A DNA stretch of 56,248 nucleotides, filler included, from Dirinaria sp. TL-2023a (taxonomy: Eukaryota), in assembly GCA_051941275.1 (NCBI GenBank). It is 3 parts of 3 records of this genome, joined end to end, with 100 filler letters (N's around TTAATTAATTAA, not from the genome) between each part and the next. Parts side by side here need not be neighbours in the genome. Positions count along the whole stretch, not along the records: positions 1 to 18,710 come from JAVEBF010000371.1; positions 18,811 to 37,491 come from JAVEBF010000372.1; 1 more part is not named here. One strand, given 5' to 3'. Position 1 is the first letter of the stretch. Every line of letters begins with the position of its first letter. Shown here in pieces: positions 12,647 through 26,857 of the stretch. Below the pieces are notes generated by a model. It ran no database searches, was not told the DNA's origin, and was given only the letters and a program-made list of their open reading frames with translations. Position numbers and translations under genes: made by a program.

Positions 12647-13816
12647 ATGGACGTACCTGGAGCTTCCTTGTCTGCCCTTGCTGGAGCGGCGCAGGCGGAG
12701 CAAGATGAGCCCCGACCTGACTTACCACGACCCTACAAATGCCCTCTGTGTGACAAGGCATTCCATCGCCTGGAACACCAAACACGACATATTCGAACCC
12801 ACACAGGCGAAAAGCCGCATGCCTGCCAATTCCCAGGCTGCACAAAACGCTTCAGTCGCTCGGACGAACTGACCCGTCATTCAAGAATACACAACAACCC
12901 CAATGCTCGGAGGAGCACGAAACCACACAATCCTGCAGCGATAGCGAGCTATGCCCAGCAGCAGGAACATACAGCGCCAATCTCTATGATGCCACCACCG
13001 CGCGTGTCTATGTCTGCACCGACTTCCAAAGTTGGTTCACCAAATGTCTCTCCGCCCAACTCTTATTCTCAATACCCGACCAATACACCATCCGCACTGA
13101 GTCCCTACGCGCGCAGTAACGGAGGAAGTCCGAATAGAGCGAATTACGCCCATCTCGACATCAACCTCTTAGCCAGTGCTGCTTCTCAGGTCGAACACGA
13201 GGATGAGCACCTTCCGAATAAGACCGTCCTGCGCCATCACCACCATCACCACCACCATCATCATCCATACTATATCCACAGCAATGGAACAGGCCATCGA
13301 CTGCCTTCGCTCCATCAATACGCTTACCAATCAAGACCGATGTCACGGCAGAACTCTCATGAGGATGAAGACTTGTCACAACCACGTAAACGGTCTCGCC
13401 AGAATTCTCCCTTTTCAACCGCTCCGTCTTCACCAACATTCTCTCATGACTCATCTTCGCCAACACCTGATCATACGCCGCTCGCCACACCTGCTCATTC
13501 ACCTCGCTTACGACCGTACGGCTTGAAAGATATGCATCTCCCCGGCATCCGCCACCTGACACTGCAACATGCCCCGGCCCTTACACCCATGGAGCCCCAC
13601 GCTGACAGCGCACCTTACTACGGTAGTCTTCCGAACCAGCAAGTCTTGAACGGGGGACCTCGGATCAGCGAGATCATCCGGAGATCAGATGGCAGCCACA
13701 GGAAGTTGCCTGCTCCACCAGTGCCTAAAGTTTCTGTGCAGGATCTGCTCAACCCCAGCTCGGGCTTCTCTAGTGGAAGCTCTAGTCAGGCAGGTGATCT
13801 TGCTGAACGCTATTGA
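12647..13816 (+). CDS. creA: Carbon catabolite repressor CreA/Cre1 (two C2H2 zinc fingers)
   Basis: '[41 protein letters not shown]...[12 protein letters not shown]', the conserved '[32 protein letters not shown]' block and C-terminal 'VSVQDLLNP'. First in-frame ATG at 12647. Contains a His10 tract. Confidence 0.96.
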   Translation: MDVPGASLSALAGAAQAEQDEPRPDLPRPYKCPLCDKAFHRLEHQTRHIRTHTGEKPHACQFPGCTKRFSRSDELTRHSRIHNNPNARRSTKPHNPAAIASYAQQQEHTAPISMMPPPRVSMSAPTSKVGSPNVSPPNSYSQYPTNTPSALSPYARSNGGSPNRANYAHLDINLLASAASQVEHEDEHLPNKTVLRHHHHHHHHHHPYYIHSNGTGHRLPSLHQYAYQSRPMSRQNSHEDEDLSQPRKRSRQNSPFSTAPSSPTFSHDSSSPTPDHTPLATPAHSPRLRPYGLKDMHLPGIRHLTLQHAPALTPMEPHADSAPYYGSLPNQQVLNGGPRISEIIRRSDGSHRKLPAPPVPKVSVQDLLNPSSGFSSGSSSQAGDLAERY

Positions 13817-15154
13817 TACGAGGATTCCATTGCGCATACTGAAATTTAGTGTTCTCAGCTTCCCAGCTGAGTTTTAAGATTTAGAAATGGTATCTACATA
13901 TATACATATATGCGCCTCAGAAGGTTACAGGATTACAGCGCGGCGCGGACGGGATACATGATACGAAGGATTGCTGCGTTTGTGATACACAACATAGACT
14001 ACTCGACTTCCTCCTGTCAATTTTCTTCCTTGGTGTTTGAATTCCGGCGTGTTTGAATTTCAGCGTGTCTGGATTCCAGCACTTTTCTTCTCCATTCAAT
14101 ATTCTGCCGCACACTGGGGGTGCCAGGTAGTGATAGAACGTCCGATCAATCAGCATCCTTTGACAGATGCCATAGCGACTATGTTTTCCAAACCAAATGG
14201 CTAGAACGAGATAGACCGTGGCGATTGCACTTCTGAGATCCGCCTGGCCTCACTGCTCGGTGATTCCGTTTTGGCATGTCTCTTGGAACAGCGCAGTGAC
14301 GAAACGCACGCTTTGGATGGGCCTCGAGTCCTCATTCTTCCCGAGAAACGCGTGGTGAGACCGTTCTGGCGGTCACCTTCATGCCCAGTCTCGCAGGGGG
14401 GAATTCTGTTACTCAACCCAAACAGTCGTAGAGAACCACGCCGCAGACGGCCCCAGTAAGTCATCAGTCAATGAAAAGCGAACCAACACGAATGCAGGTT
14501 CGATTGCGCCATAACTGACTAGTGGGCAAGCCTTCCTCCGGACTCCACAGTCCACACAATCAGGGTCTTGGATACCTTGCGTCCTATCATTCAGCCTCAT
14601 TCAACACAAGTACCTTATACTTGGACGAGCTGGGGAACGAGCGGTGTGGGTGATAAGAGGCCAAGGTGAATTTCAGTGATTAATTCTCCGAAGTCGCGCA
14701 GCAAGCGGTCTGGCCATCCATAGGGAGATTGTAATCAATGGCCCAACACGATAAGACTGCGCCTAAACGAGGTCGCATAGACTGCATGTCTTGCACTTTT
14801 TTTACGTATTGGATTTTCGGATCAGATCAGGATGACTCCGTACTTTAGTCCGTACGCGTACTTGACTACTTGTGTCTGACACGCCCGTCTGATGCGGGGT
14901 CTCCAATAATACTGACTACTTACTCCGTACTTCGCTCAGCCCCCCACATCCGCCATGCGCCCAAGAGCTCGATCGACAGCCATGTTCGAGATCTCTGTCA
15001 CCGACAGTTGGGATCCGGGGAACGTAGTCCGGCAGATCCGTCCCGAGTCCCACGTTAATGTTTATGCTAATGCACCTTGTGTAAACCGTAATGCACCAGG
15101 GCCCTCGCATCTGATAAACGAACAGTTAGCACGGGCTCTTGGCTCTATGTACTG

Positions 15155-15188
<34 letters not shown>

Positions 15189-15210
15189 GTATAATGATAA
15201 TGATAATAAT
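15155..15210 (+). repeat. Compound microsatellite (TAC)n followed by (ATAATG)/(AAT) units
   Basis: Directly visible: tactactac... x~11, then ataatgataatgataataat. Confidence 0.9.
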
Positions 15211-18200
15211 ATCCGCTACGCGGTCCAGGAACAAGTTGATGTGGTCAGACTGTATGTGCAAGGTATACTCCGTAAGCTTCGATCTCTCGAATTAGTTCCT
15301 GCCCCTACGCCTTGATTACCTACAATAAACTGAGAAGCGGAGACCACATGTGTGGCAACGGGGCGTCGAGGCGTCGTCCTCAAATATTACCACCACTCAC
15401 CAACCAAAAAGGGCGTACATTGATAGGAGCGCCTGCAGCGACCACCATCGATCCCCTTTTCTTGCTTATCTTTACTGCGTTGCCTGCTGATGGCGAAAAA
15501 AAATCTTGTTTTTCGAGGTCTTGGATTCTCGTGTTGCTTCACATGCTTATCTGCGTCGATTTACCCACGTCAGCAGTGCGTGTTTCCCTGGTCTTGTGGC
15601 TGCAATATGTCGCATGCAGGTCGTTCTCGTCTCCATGTTTCACCCTCTCTCGCCGCATACACCGGGCAGCGCGCATCGTCGCCTACTGTCGGTGAACGCC
15701 GGGTTGTCTGACTGCAGATGCACAGGAGCTGCACCTTGCGTACTCTTATCAAGCTCGCGGACATGATAGGCGTTGTCAAACATTGGCTCCGAACACATCG
15801 AGCAATGAAATCGCTGTTACGGAGAGCACTCCGTAACGCACAACAGAGACACTGGCTAAAAGGAAAGCTCAACAAATATCACTGCTTGCGCTTCGCAAAA
15901 ACGGTCGGCATCAGATGATTATAGCTCACACAGACTGGCTAATGCTTGAGGAATCGAGATCCGCATGCCACATTCACGACTCCTATTTTTATTTCTGTTG
16001 TAACACGTGCACTGGTTAGGCACCGTATCCTACTCGTCTGTCAAGGGCGTCTTGTGACTACATCCGCGTAGTTCGACTGGCCTGTCTTGACTTCAGCTAG
16101 TCAACTGCAATGTTGTCGCCTGAAAATCCTAGATGCTTGAGTCCGACAGCCGAGCCAGCCAGTGGCTGCTACCAAGACAGGACAGACCTCGACCAAGCCA
16201 ATATGTAAAAAGTATCAGCGAATGTTTTCGCAGATATTCGGAGACAAAACAATGAGTAAAGACAGAAACCAGGATCGATGCTCAACTTGTCTTCAGCTGA
16301 TGCAGCCAGTATTCGAAGCTGCAGGCCGGGCAGGCATGTAACCACTGGTTTTAAGAATAAACCGAAGATCCTTTGCTCTTCGAGGCTGAGGGCAATTACT
16401 ATTTCCAGAGAACCGAAACCTCTGTTTCTAGTACTTTGCCTCAATCGTTTATGAGATGAAATGCATGGGTCAACGAACGGCAGAGCTAGGACAGGATAGG
16501 ACATATTTTAGGAATTTAAGAATACTATTCGATGCCCTGAAAAGCAACAATCTATCCAGAGACCCTTTGGCTGCTAAAGTTTACTGTTCAACCTTCCGGA
16601 CGTTTGCAAAAGGACGGCTTTTCGAAACACTTGCCATGAGAGAGAGCAATGGCTGCTTAAGACAGGCTAAAGTCACTAAGGTAAGAGCAATGGCAGAACC
16701 CAGCTGCCAAGCTATTCTTTGGCCGTAGTCCAGATACGGCGAAAAATCATCCTCAGGATTTGATGCTCACGGGATCTAAATTCGTAGCCTCTTCCTACGA
16801 TAGGGATCAATTTATTTGGAATCTAACTAGCTATGCGTCACTGCAGACGTGGGCCGGCACATTCAAATGATGGCCCTCGCCTCACTCTAAAATCTTTCAA
16901 CCAGCCAATCATCAAATGAAGATAAGGGACATGTGATGCATAAAAATACCAATCCAAAATCACTTCAAAATTGCAAACAGTTAATTTGATGCTCAACACG
17001 TGTCCAATAAGCAATACGACTTCCCTCCACCTCTCAAGGACTTCCTTATAAACTCTCTATCAATGCATTTTGTACTTACGAGGTTTTGAATCTCATACAT
17101 CAATAAGGGGTGCTTGAAGTTGTACAAATCAACTTTTCGAATAATGTGGATCTTTGGGGGGATATGAGCCTCATGGAGTATATCGAGAATATACGACGCA
17201 TCGACCTTTTCGTCCTTCGATATGGAACTCAAAATAAGAAATATGTTGCAGACAGTGACCTTTGTCAACTTTCGGATCTCCAGGGAGCCTCCGCAATCTT
17301 CTTGGTTTGCCAATTCATATCCTCGGTTACTGCAGTATTTACAGGGAGTCGGATCTCAATCAATCTCCGAGTTTTACAAATGTTAATATGCTAGGGAATT
17401 CAATATCACACTCTTCGGATCGAACTTTTTAGAGCCTAAAAGCTCTACAAAAAGCTGAGCTTCAAAGCACTTGGTTATGTGATCGTACGTATGCTGCTTC
17501 GGCCAAAAGCCTACATCTCTTTTGAAGGACGATTTATCTCTTCAGCAGTATCAGCATGATTGTTTTATGTTTGCATACAATCACAACCATCATTATTGAC
17601 TTTGCCTCGCTTATGGTCGTTGGGTTCTTTCGTACACAATGTTCCCTCATTTTGCGGGTTCCTGCGCGATAGTCTTGTACCTAATACCACGAATTGTTTA
17701 TATACAACACCTCTTTCTTTAAGATCATCATGCTTAAGAGATCGTGGACAAATCACCAAACCGCCAAAAGATGCATTCCAGGGCCGGTCAAGGTAGAAGG
17801 AAGGAGTTGATTAACTACCCAAAGACTGTTAGGTTGGTACATGAAGTACGATTCTTCAAGCAGGTTCCTGAATTTCTCTCTCAAGCACGGGTAGAGTGCT
17901 CATCACATTGATATCGCTAATAGAGATCTGCTTGCCCACAAAATAAGCACCCGCTAGTGCCAGTGTATCAGATACTATAGTAACCAATTATAATCCAGGA
18001 GGAATCACTTCGCCATGGCTTACTTTATCTCATTCAAAATCCATGTAACTAATGCCGACCACGATTCTCCTCAAATTACAAGAACGAGTATATCAAATTC
18101 TTCCACTCTATTGAATCAGGCAATATATCCGTCCATATTTCCTTGGCAGAATCATAAAGCCCCTCGTTGCCACCAACGTCTTCCATGCGCTATATATACT

Positions 18201-18710
18201 CTGTCCTATACATCACAGCACAGCATTGCCGCCCACCCACCAAATCTCTTTTCTTTAGCCAAGTATCTATAGCTAAGACTACGTTCCCTCAAGTCAGTCA
18301 TTCTCTAAATCTGATCACCAATGTCCCAAATATTTCATCGCTTCCACATAACCCCGAGAGAAACGTACCTTCATCATCCGATTCGATCTTACTTTAAATC
18401 TCACCTCCACGCTTATCTAAATAACCCTCAAATAAGAATCTGCATCCCCTTCCCCTCCCCCCTCTCCCTCCTCAAAATCCTCCGAAAAAATCCTCAACCA
18501 CAAAACACGTTTTCAACGTCTCCACGCAACGAATTACGGTTAGATCCAGCTCAAAGAAAGGGTATCCAGGCATTCGAACCTTGATTAACCATATTCTCCG
18601 CATCTCAACGCAATCGCTCTTTTGCAGCCGTGTGCGAAGGAGCGGTGGACGGTTTAAAAGGATTTTATAGAGAGCTAGATTTTGCGAGAAGAGCTCGAGC
18701 TGAGATATGG

Positions 18711-18810
18711 NNNNNNNNNNNNNNNNNNNNNNNNNNNNNNNNNNNNNNNNNNNNTTAATTAATTAANNNNNNNNNNNNNNNNNNNNNNNNNNNNNNNNNN
18801 NNNNNNNNNN
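18711..18810. other. Artificial contig-joining spacer
   Basis: N44-TTAATTAATTAA-N44, a six-frame stop linker identical to the one at 37492. Confidence 0.97.
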
Positions 18811-19407
18811 TCCTCCTCCTCCTCCTCTTCTTCTTCTTCAGCTAGATTTAATCATACCATATCAGATAAAGCTAAATCTCCCTCTCCTCTCGCATCAATC
18901 CAAAGCAAGCAAGCAAAGCAAACCCTCAGCATAGCATGAATGAAGTAGACAGGGACTTAGAACGAGGGCCTTAGGACTAAGGACGAGGGAAGTGAGGGAT
19001 AAATGCACTTCACTGCTCAGGACCGTGATTGCTGAAAGTTCTCTCTCTTCTTTTTGAGAAATTGCAAAACTACATTGCTAAGTTAAACTAGTGTAAGAAG
19101 AAAAGAGAAAGGTAAATCACCCCTTTGGGGAAACAGGTAATAACACATGCTCTCTCCAAATGTTTGATACACCAAAAGTTAAAAAAAGAAAAGCAAAGGT
19201 TATATACTGTACTCTGTGTGTATGTGAAAAATAAATGCCTCCCCTCCCTCCCCCATCTATGATAGATAAATCATGATCTAAAAAAGTTCCGCCGAGCGTT
19301 CCTGCCGCCAATTTTTCCCCTGAATATTTCATCATGAATAGGTCTTACATCCTCTTTTTCTCTTCTTTTTTTGGGCAGCAGCAGCAGCAGTAGGAAGCAT
19401 AAGGTAC

Positions 19408-22187
19408 TTAGGTCAAGCCTCTTTTCCTACGAACCCATTCCCCGCTACTGCCATCGACTTCTCCTCCGGTTTTGGATTCCCATACGACCTCTTCCGCCTC
19501 CGAAGCCAGTACCGGGCTGAAAGTGTCCACCTCCTCGATCTCATCCTCCTCGTCTTCTTCTTCGATGATCTCGCCGCTCCGTCGCCCCGCAGCGGACGCA
19601 CTGCGGTGGCTGCCGACGCTCTGGTCTCTGCTCCGGCTGGGAGGAGCACCACCACCACCTGCGGCAGAGCCCGCCCGACTGCTGCCAGGGCTGTAGCCGC
19701 TGATGGAAGTCCCCAAAGTGAGGGCAGGGCCTCGGAAGGGGGTTTTCCGCCGCTTGGCGAACACGAGGGATGAAGAACCCGGAGCGGGGCCGAAGGCTTC
19801 GTTGTAGTCGTGAGACGGTGGAGCGCGCACGAGGCGGATGTTGGACGGGAACGTTCCGAACGTCGGGGTTGCCGGGAGGACTTTGACGGATGAGTGAGGC
19901 GAGCTGACGCGGTGGTTGTTCGCCGAAGACGATTTGGCTGAGGAGTGATGGATCGCTGAGCTGGTGACGGAATTGGTGGTTGAGGATGTGGATGACGCCT
20001 TGGAGTGCGCGGGCGGCCTGTGCATGGAGCGGATGGAGGAGACGGAGGATGACGTCGATTTGCGGCCTCGCAGCCCATTCGACGTACGTCGGTATGACGC
20101 AGAGCGCGGAGTTAACGGTCCTGGGGAGAGCGATGAACGGTTGGCATGCAGGTGAGGTGGGGAAGGATAGGACACAACGGGTTGATGAGTTGATGTGGCA
20201 GTGGATGGAGGAGTGCGGTGAGAGGTAGGGACCGGCGGTGATCGACCCGGCTGCGGAGGAGTTCTCTTCTCTTGACTCACTTTGAGGGTGGATACGTCGC
20301 TTTTCGCCGACGGCGATTTCGCGCGTTTTGCGGATTCGACAAACCAATGCTTGATGTGGGCTAGCTGACTGATAAAAGTGGAATGGTGCTTCTTGCTGGG
20401 TCTTCTTTTAGGATAGCCATTTGGCGGTTTCAACAGATCTGGATTTGCATGCACTAATTGCAACGTGCTGCTTCGTTGCTTGCTCCTCGTGCTTGGCTCC
20501 TTTGGTGGTAGCGGAGGCCTTGGTCGGGATGAGCTCGACGACCGCACAGAGTCCTTCTCAATGGGAGGTGGCGGAGTGGGCGATTGCGGCGAGTCAAGAG
20601 CGGCGCCTTCTGGTAGCTGCGGAAGCTCAGGCAAGATTATTTGAGCTTTGGCGTCCTCAGCTTGGTTTCCATACGACAATCGTCTTGTGGGTAACTCACG
20701 AGTCGGTGTACTGCGTCTATGTTGCCTCCCTCTCAGCCGAGGGGCATCCGACGGCGATGGGCCGAATTGCTCCTCCTCAACCTCTTTCAGCGGAGCTCCT
20801 ATACGCTCACGACGACTGCTGGCTGCGCTGAGTCTGCGAAGAGCTTTCGCATCGGCCTCTCTCTCTTTACGTTTGCGCTCCCTCCTCTTCTCCTTTCGCT
20901 CTTCCTTCTCAATTGCTAAAGCCCACCAGCCCGCTAAAGGGTCACATCTTTGAGCAAGAACGCTCTCAATGACCCTGTCGATATCGACGCCAGCACTTCG
21001 CATCCGTTCTAAAGTGTCTTTCTCTACCGGCGTGCTGAATGGCGCAGGCTGAGTTAGCTTTAAAATGACTTGCTGCTGGGGTGCATGCTCCGCAAGAAAC
21101 GGATGCGTAAGAATGTCAGCCAATGTAGGCCGGATCAGGGGTCTTTTCGAAAGCATTAGAGTAACAAGAGCTTTGGCCTCCGGGGGTGCCTCTTCAGGCC
21201 ATTGCGGCTCAGTCGAGAGAATTTTGTGCTTCGTGACAAGATCGTCGTCGTCGTCAAATGGAAGTTCACCAGTCAGCAACGCATAGAGTATGACGCCCAG
21301 ACTCCAGACATCAACCTTTTCTCCAGCATATTTCTCGCCCTTCAGCATTTCGGGCGCACTGTAGCAGATGGTACCGCAAAACGTCTGCAAGTAGCTAGCT
21401 TTCCCCTCGTACTCGCGCGTAAAACCGAAGTCACAGAGCTTTACGTTCTCATTTTTATCGAGCAGTATGTTTTCGAGTTTCAAGTCCCGATGCACGCATG
21501 AAAGGTTATGGACGTAGGCGACAGCGCCAACCAACTGTGTAAATATTTTCTGCACCTTCTCCAAGGGAAGCCGGCCATGATTGATGAGGTAGTTATACAG
21601 CTCGTCACCTGCCATGTCTTAGCTCTGGATCCCTGCTTGCTTTGTAGCCACCATACCAGGACAATACTCCAAAACCAGCCAGACCAGATTCTCTGTGACG
21701 ATCACTTCATATAACCGAGCGATGTGAGGATGTAGAAACTGCCTATGGTGGTGTATCTCGCGAGCGAGGTTGGAGTCGTCTTTTTTTGCTGATTTGAGGA
21801 CGACCTTGTCAATATCAGTATTTGGGCCTAGAACATCAAGGTGAGGGTGTACTTTGGAGCCATTGGTGAGCTTATGTGTTGCGAGGTAGACCTTGCCAAA
21901 TGATCCCTTGCCTATGAGGCGACCCAATGTGTAATTCCCAACGCTTTGCAGATCTTTCGACGAGAACTCTCTGTATCAAGGGAGGATTAATCAGGGCGAG
22001 AGCGGTAGCAGTCAATGGCACGTAGCTTACTCCAGTAGTTCATTGTAGGAATTGGTGAGCTGGAGAGAGCGTTGTGGGTCAGCGCAAGCTTATTCAGAGT
22101 AATCCCATCTCAGACAATTCTTGGAGACTCGGTACAAACTTTGTTCTTCTGAGACTGCAACCCTGCTCTCGAATTGGCAAGCGGCAT
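19408..22187 (-). CDS. CAMK/Snf1-related Ser/Thr protein kinase (Ppk16-like) with long Ser/Pro-rich tail; multi-exon
   Basis: 'GNYTLGRLIGKGSFGKVY', 'HRDLKLEN', 'DFG', 'YSAPE', 'DVWSLG'. Probable ATG at 22187. Several short 5' introns, plus in-frame introns at 21805-21852 and 20646-20699. Confidence 0.9.
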
Positions 22188-22928
22188 ATATGTCACCGCA
22201 AAGTATTCGAGTGTCTGAAGCTTATCGACTGGATCCGAGAATGCAAACGGCGCGGCAGACCCGATGCCAATATCCGGATCGGTACGAGTGTCGTCGACGG
22301 TGCTTTAAATACCAGTAACTCAGCCGAACTCATTGAATCTAATAACGCTAGAGAAGCTTCGAACTTTAATGAGTACGTCAACTGGGATCGAGACGGCATG
22401 TCAAGCAGGTAGGCGGCGAGGTTACCAGACTGCATGATCCGCTTTACACCTGGCAAATTTCAACCTACACTGCCCCTTAATCATTTCGTTGAACTACTTA
22501 GCATTTGGCTTGCAATTGCAGAACTCTACAGATTTTTCGATGGGATTTCACTCTCATGGACTATATTCTAGAATCCAATTGAAGAAACATGCCGTGGCCT
22601 GTTTCAAGCTATATTCCTTCATGCCTTTTTGCGTTCCCTATTCCGTTGAAGAACTAGGGAAGAGAGTGGAGCTGCATGCTTGACTATTGTGGTATCGCCT
22701 GGTCCTCATGATCCATGACAAAAAACGCCTGAACTCCAGTCCCATGTCGGAATGCTACAATGGTCGTAAGTCACCGGCGGCGCGGAGGGTGCCAAGGCGA
22801 GATCTTCCACGATGTTGGCGTATTATTCTTGATATAAGTAATGATATGTTCGTTGCCTGAGTCGATGTATTTTGGAGATGCAGACAGTATGCAAACGTCC
22901 TGCGAACATTTTGGGTCACAGCGTTATC

Positions 22929-23937
22929 TCACATGAAGTCATCGTCACTATGTTATGTTAGACCGCTTAGCTACACACATGAAAAGGGGAGCGCTCACTC
23001 GGCGTCATCGTAAGCAGTTGTGTCGGCTCGGTAACTCGTGTCTCTGCTGGCGACCAGGCTGGTTTTGTTCTTTTGAGCTTTGCTCTTCTTTCCTCCCTTC
23101 TCTGCTGCTTTTTCTTCCTTCATCTTCTCGTTAGATAGCGTAGCTAGGCCACTCGCTATTTTCTTGATATGATCGCTAGGCAGATCCTTGACAAGTTGCT
23201 TCGTAAACTCCTGTAGGAAAAGCGTATATTGCGCTTTCTTGGCATTGGCTGTCAAAATGGGTACCAAGGTTTCCCGTAGCTTTGTAAATTGATCTTTGGT
23301 TACTGGGTTGAACAGGGAAAATGAAGACAGGTCGATCGCATTGTTCGGGTCTTTCGGATCTGCTACGACGACGGGTTTGGCAGACCGGTTTTTGCTGATT
23401 GCAGCACCGTCGAAGAGGTCCTCCGCATGCTTCAGATCTGCAGCCTGCTCAGTCTTCCGTAATCGTTCCCGCTTCGATGCCTCGTCTTCCTCTTCGCTAC
23501 TCGTCTCTTCCTCCTCCTCCATCTTGCGGCGCATGTTGGCCATTCGCCTCTCTTCGACTCTTTGCGATTTGGATTTCTTGTTCGCAGCGGCTTCTGCATC
23601 GGCTTTTGCTTTGGCTTCAGCAGCTTTCTTGGCCTTTTCTCGTTCAACTTCAGAGTCTTCGGCGGCATCCCATGAATCGACAACCTGTACAAATTTAGCC
23701 CTTGACTTTTCACTTAGTACATGCGCTGAAAGCATACATCGCTGTCATCTTCCTCGTCATCGAATTTGTGTCTCCGGGCTATTGCTGGCCCAGTGGGCGA
23801 GGATGGGGGTGTGCTGCTGTCTTCATCTTCATCATCGACTATGAGGTGAGCTGGTCAGTTAACGAGCTCAACAATATTGCTCTCCAATAAGCTGTATATA
23901 GATGAAACTTACAGTCATCTCTCCTTGGTGGTGCCAT
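22929..23937 (-). CDS. hcr1: Eukaryotic translation initiation factor 3 subunit J, 4 exons
   Basis: ATG 23937 (MAPPRRD). Acidic N-terminus 'KFDDEEDDSD-VVDSWDAAEDSE', 'EQAADLKHAEDLF', and final exon 'DDDFM*' (TGA 22929-22931). Confidence 0.92.
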
Positions 23938-24422
23938 CTTTTAGAGTTTTTGTGGTCAGCTAAGGGATTTATTTGGGTCGCAAAATGGGTGATTCGAGGG
24001 CGTAAAGGGTCAAAGGAACTGTTGAAGAATAAATACTTAAGTAGTTTGATGGTGGGAGAACTGCTACCGAATACCGATACGTGCATATGATACGCATGTG
24101 AAGCGGAAGCAGCCCGCGCTAAGACACATTCGGAACCAACCAGCCAACGGCTCTTCAATTGCTACCTAGTCTGGAGACAAGGGGCAGCAGGGGCAGACTA
24201 AAAGTAATTGATCTCTCACATAAAGTATTTTCTAACTTCACCACTTGTTTTCTATGAAGCTTCATCGCTATGAACAGTCTAGTAAAAACTCAGTACTGTA
24301 TAAGGCGTAGTGGCGAATCGAACTTTTTCTCATTTCGCGCACCTGTCGACGCTACGCTCTTAATACTTTGATAAAGCCACTGCAAGGACCTGATATCGCT
24401 CAAGAAACCACTGAGATCGCTC

Positions 24423-26132
<1,710 letters not shown>

Positions 26133-26857
26133 TCAAGAGCACTTGCGTTTGACAATTGGGATATGTGAAGTTGTAGATACTTGAGTGAGTAAATAATAAT
26201 GGGCCGGTCAAGTTTTCAATGTTGAAACTCAATTGGTTCTTGTCGGTAAACCCTACGGGATGCGGGGCATTGCATCAGACCCTTTCCTTTTTTTTTTTTT
26301 TTTTTCCAACCTTGCAACTCCGGACCTCCACGGTTCGGGGGAAAAAAACCCTTGGAAAGAAAACTGCTTCTAGATACTAAGTAGGGTGAAAGCTCGATTT
26401 AGCGGGTACCAAGATGTTCGCAATCAGTCCGCAGAGTCAATCCACAAGAGATGTACGATTTTATTCAGATACACTGAATTCCACTAAGTCTCCCATGCCC
26501 TAACCCGGAGTACTCGTACAAACATCGGGCAGTTCCGATAGTGCATATTACCCGAGAATTATGAGTCAACCAAGGTCAGGTCACTCATAGACAGCTTGAT
26601 GGTAGGTGATTCCTAGCATCCCGTTACGAGATGACATCTCCATATCTGTTGAGCATGCAATTTCGTAAACATGCCAACCACGGCGCAGATTTAGGCGAAG
26701 CCTTTAGTCGGCTAGAAGGGCCGCCCTAGGAGCTCGGTCCGTCGGTCCTCAATTTACTGTACCTACCAACGTCATAGCCAGCAAGCTCATGGTCGTGGCT
26801 ACGCTAAATACAGTAGGATTGTATGGGGGCAAGAACGAGATTGACTCTCTATCTTGA

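Noticed and set aside
18755..18766. TTAATTAATTAA palindrome, repeated at 37536
   Set aside because: Synthetic linker, not a biological repeat or target-site duplication.
19413..20347. Overlapping 221-aa and 268-aa alternative-frame ORFs in the kinase tail
   Set aside because: GC-rich low-complexity region depleted of stop codons; non-ATG starts; no family signal.
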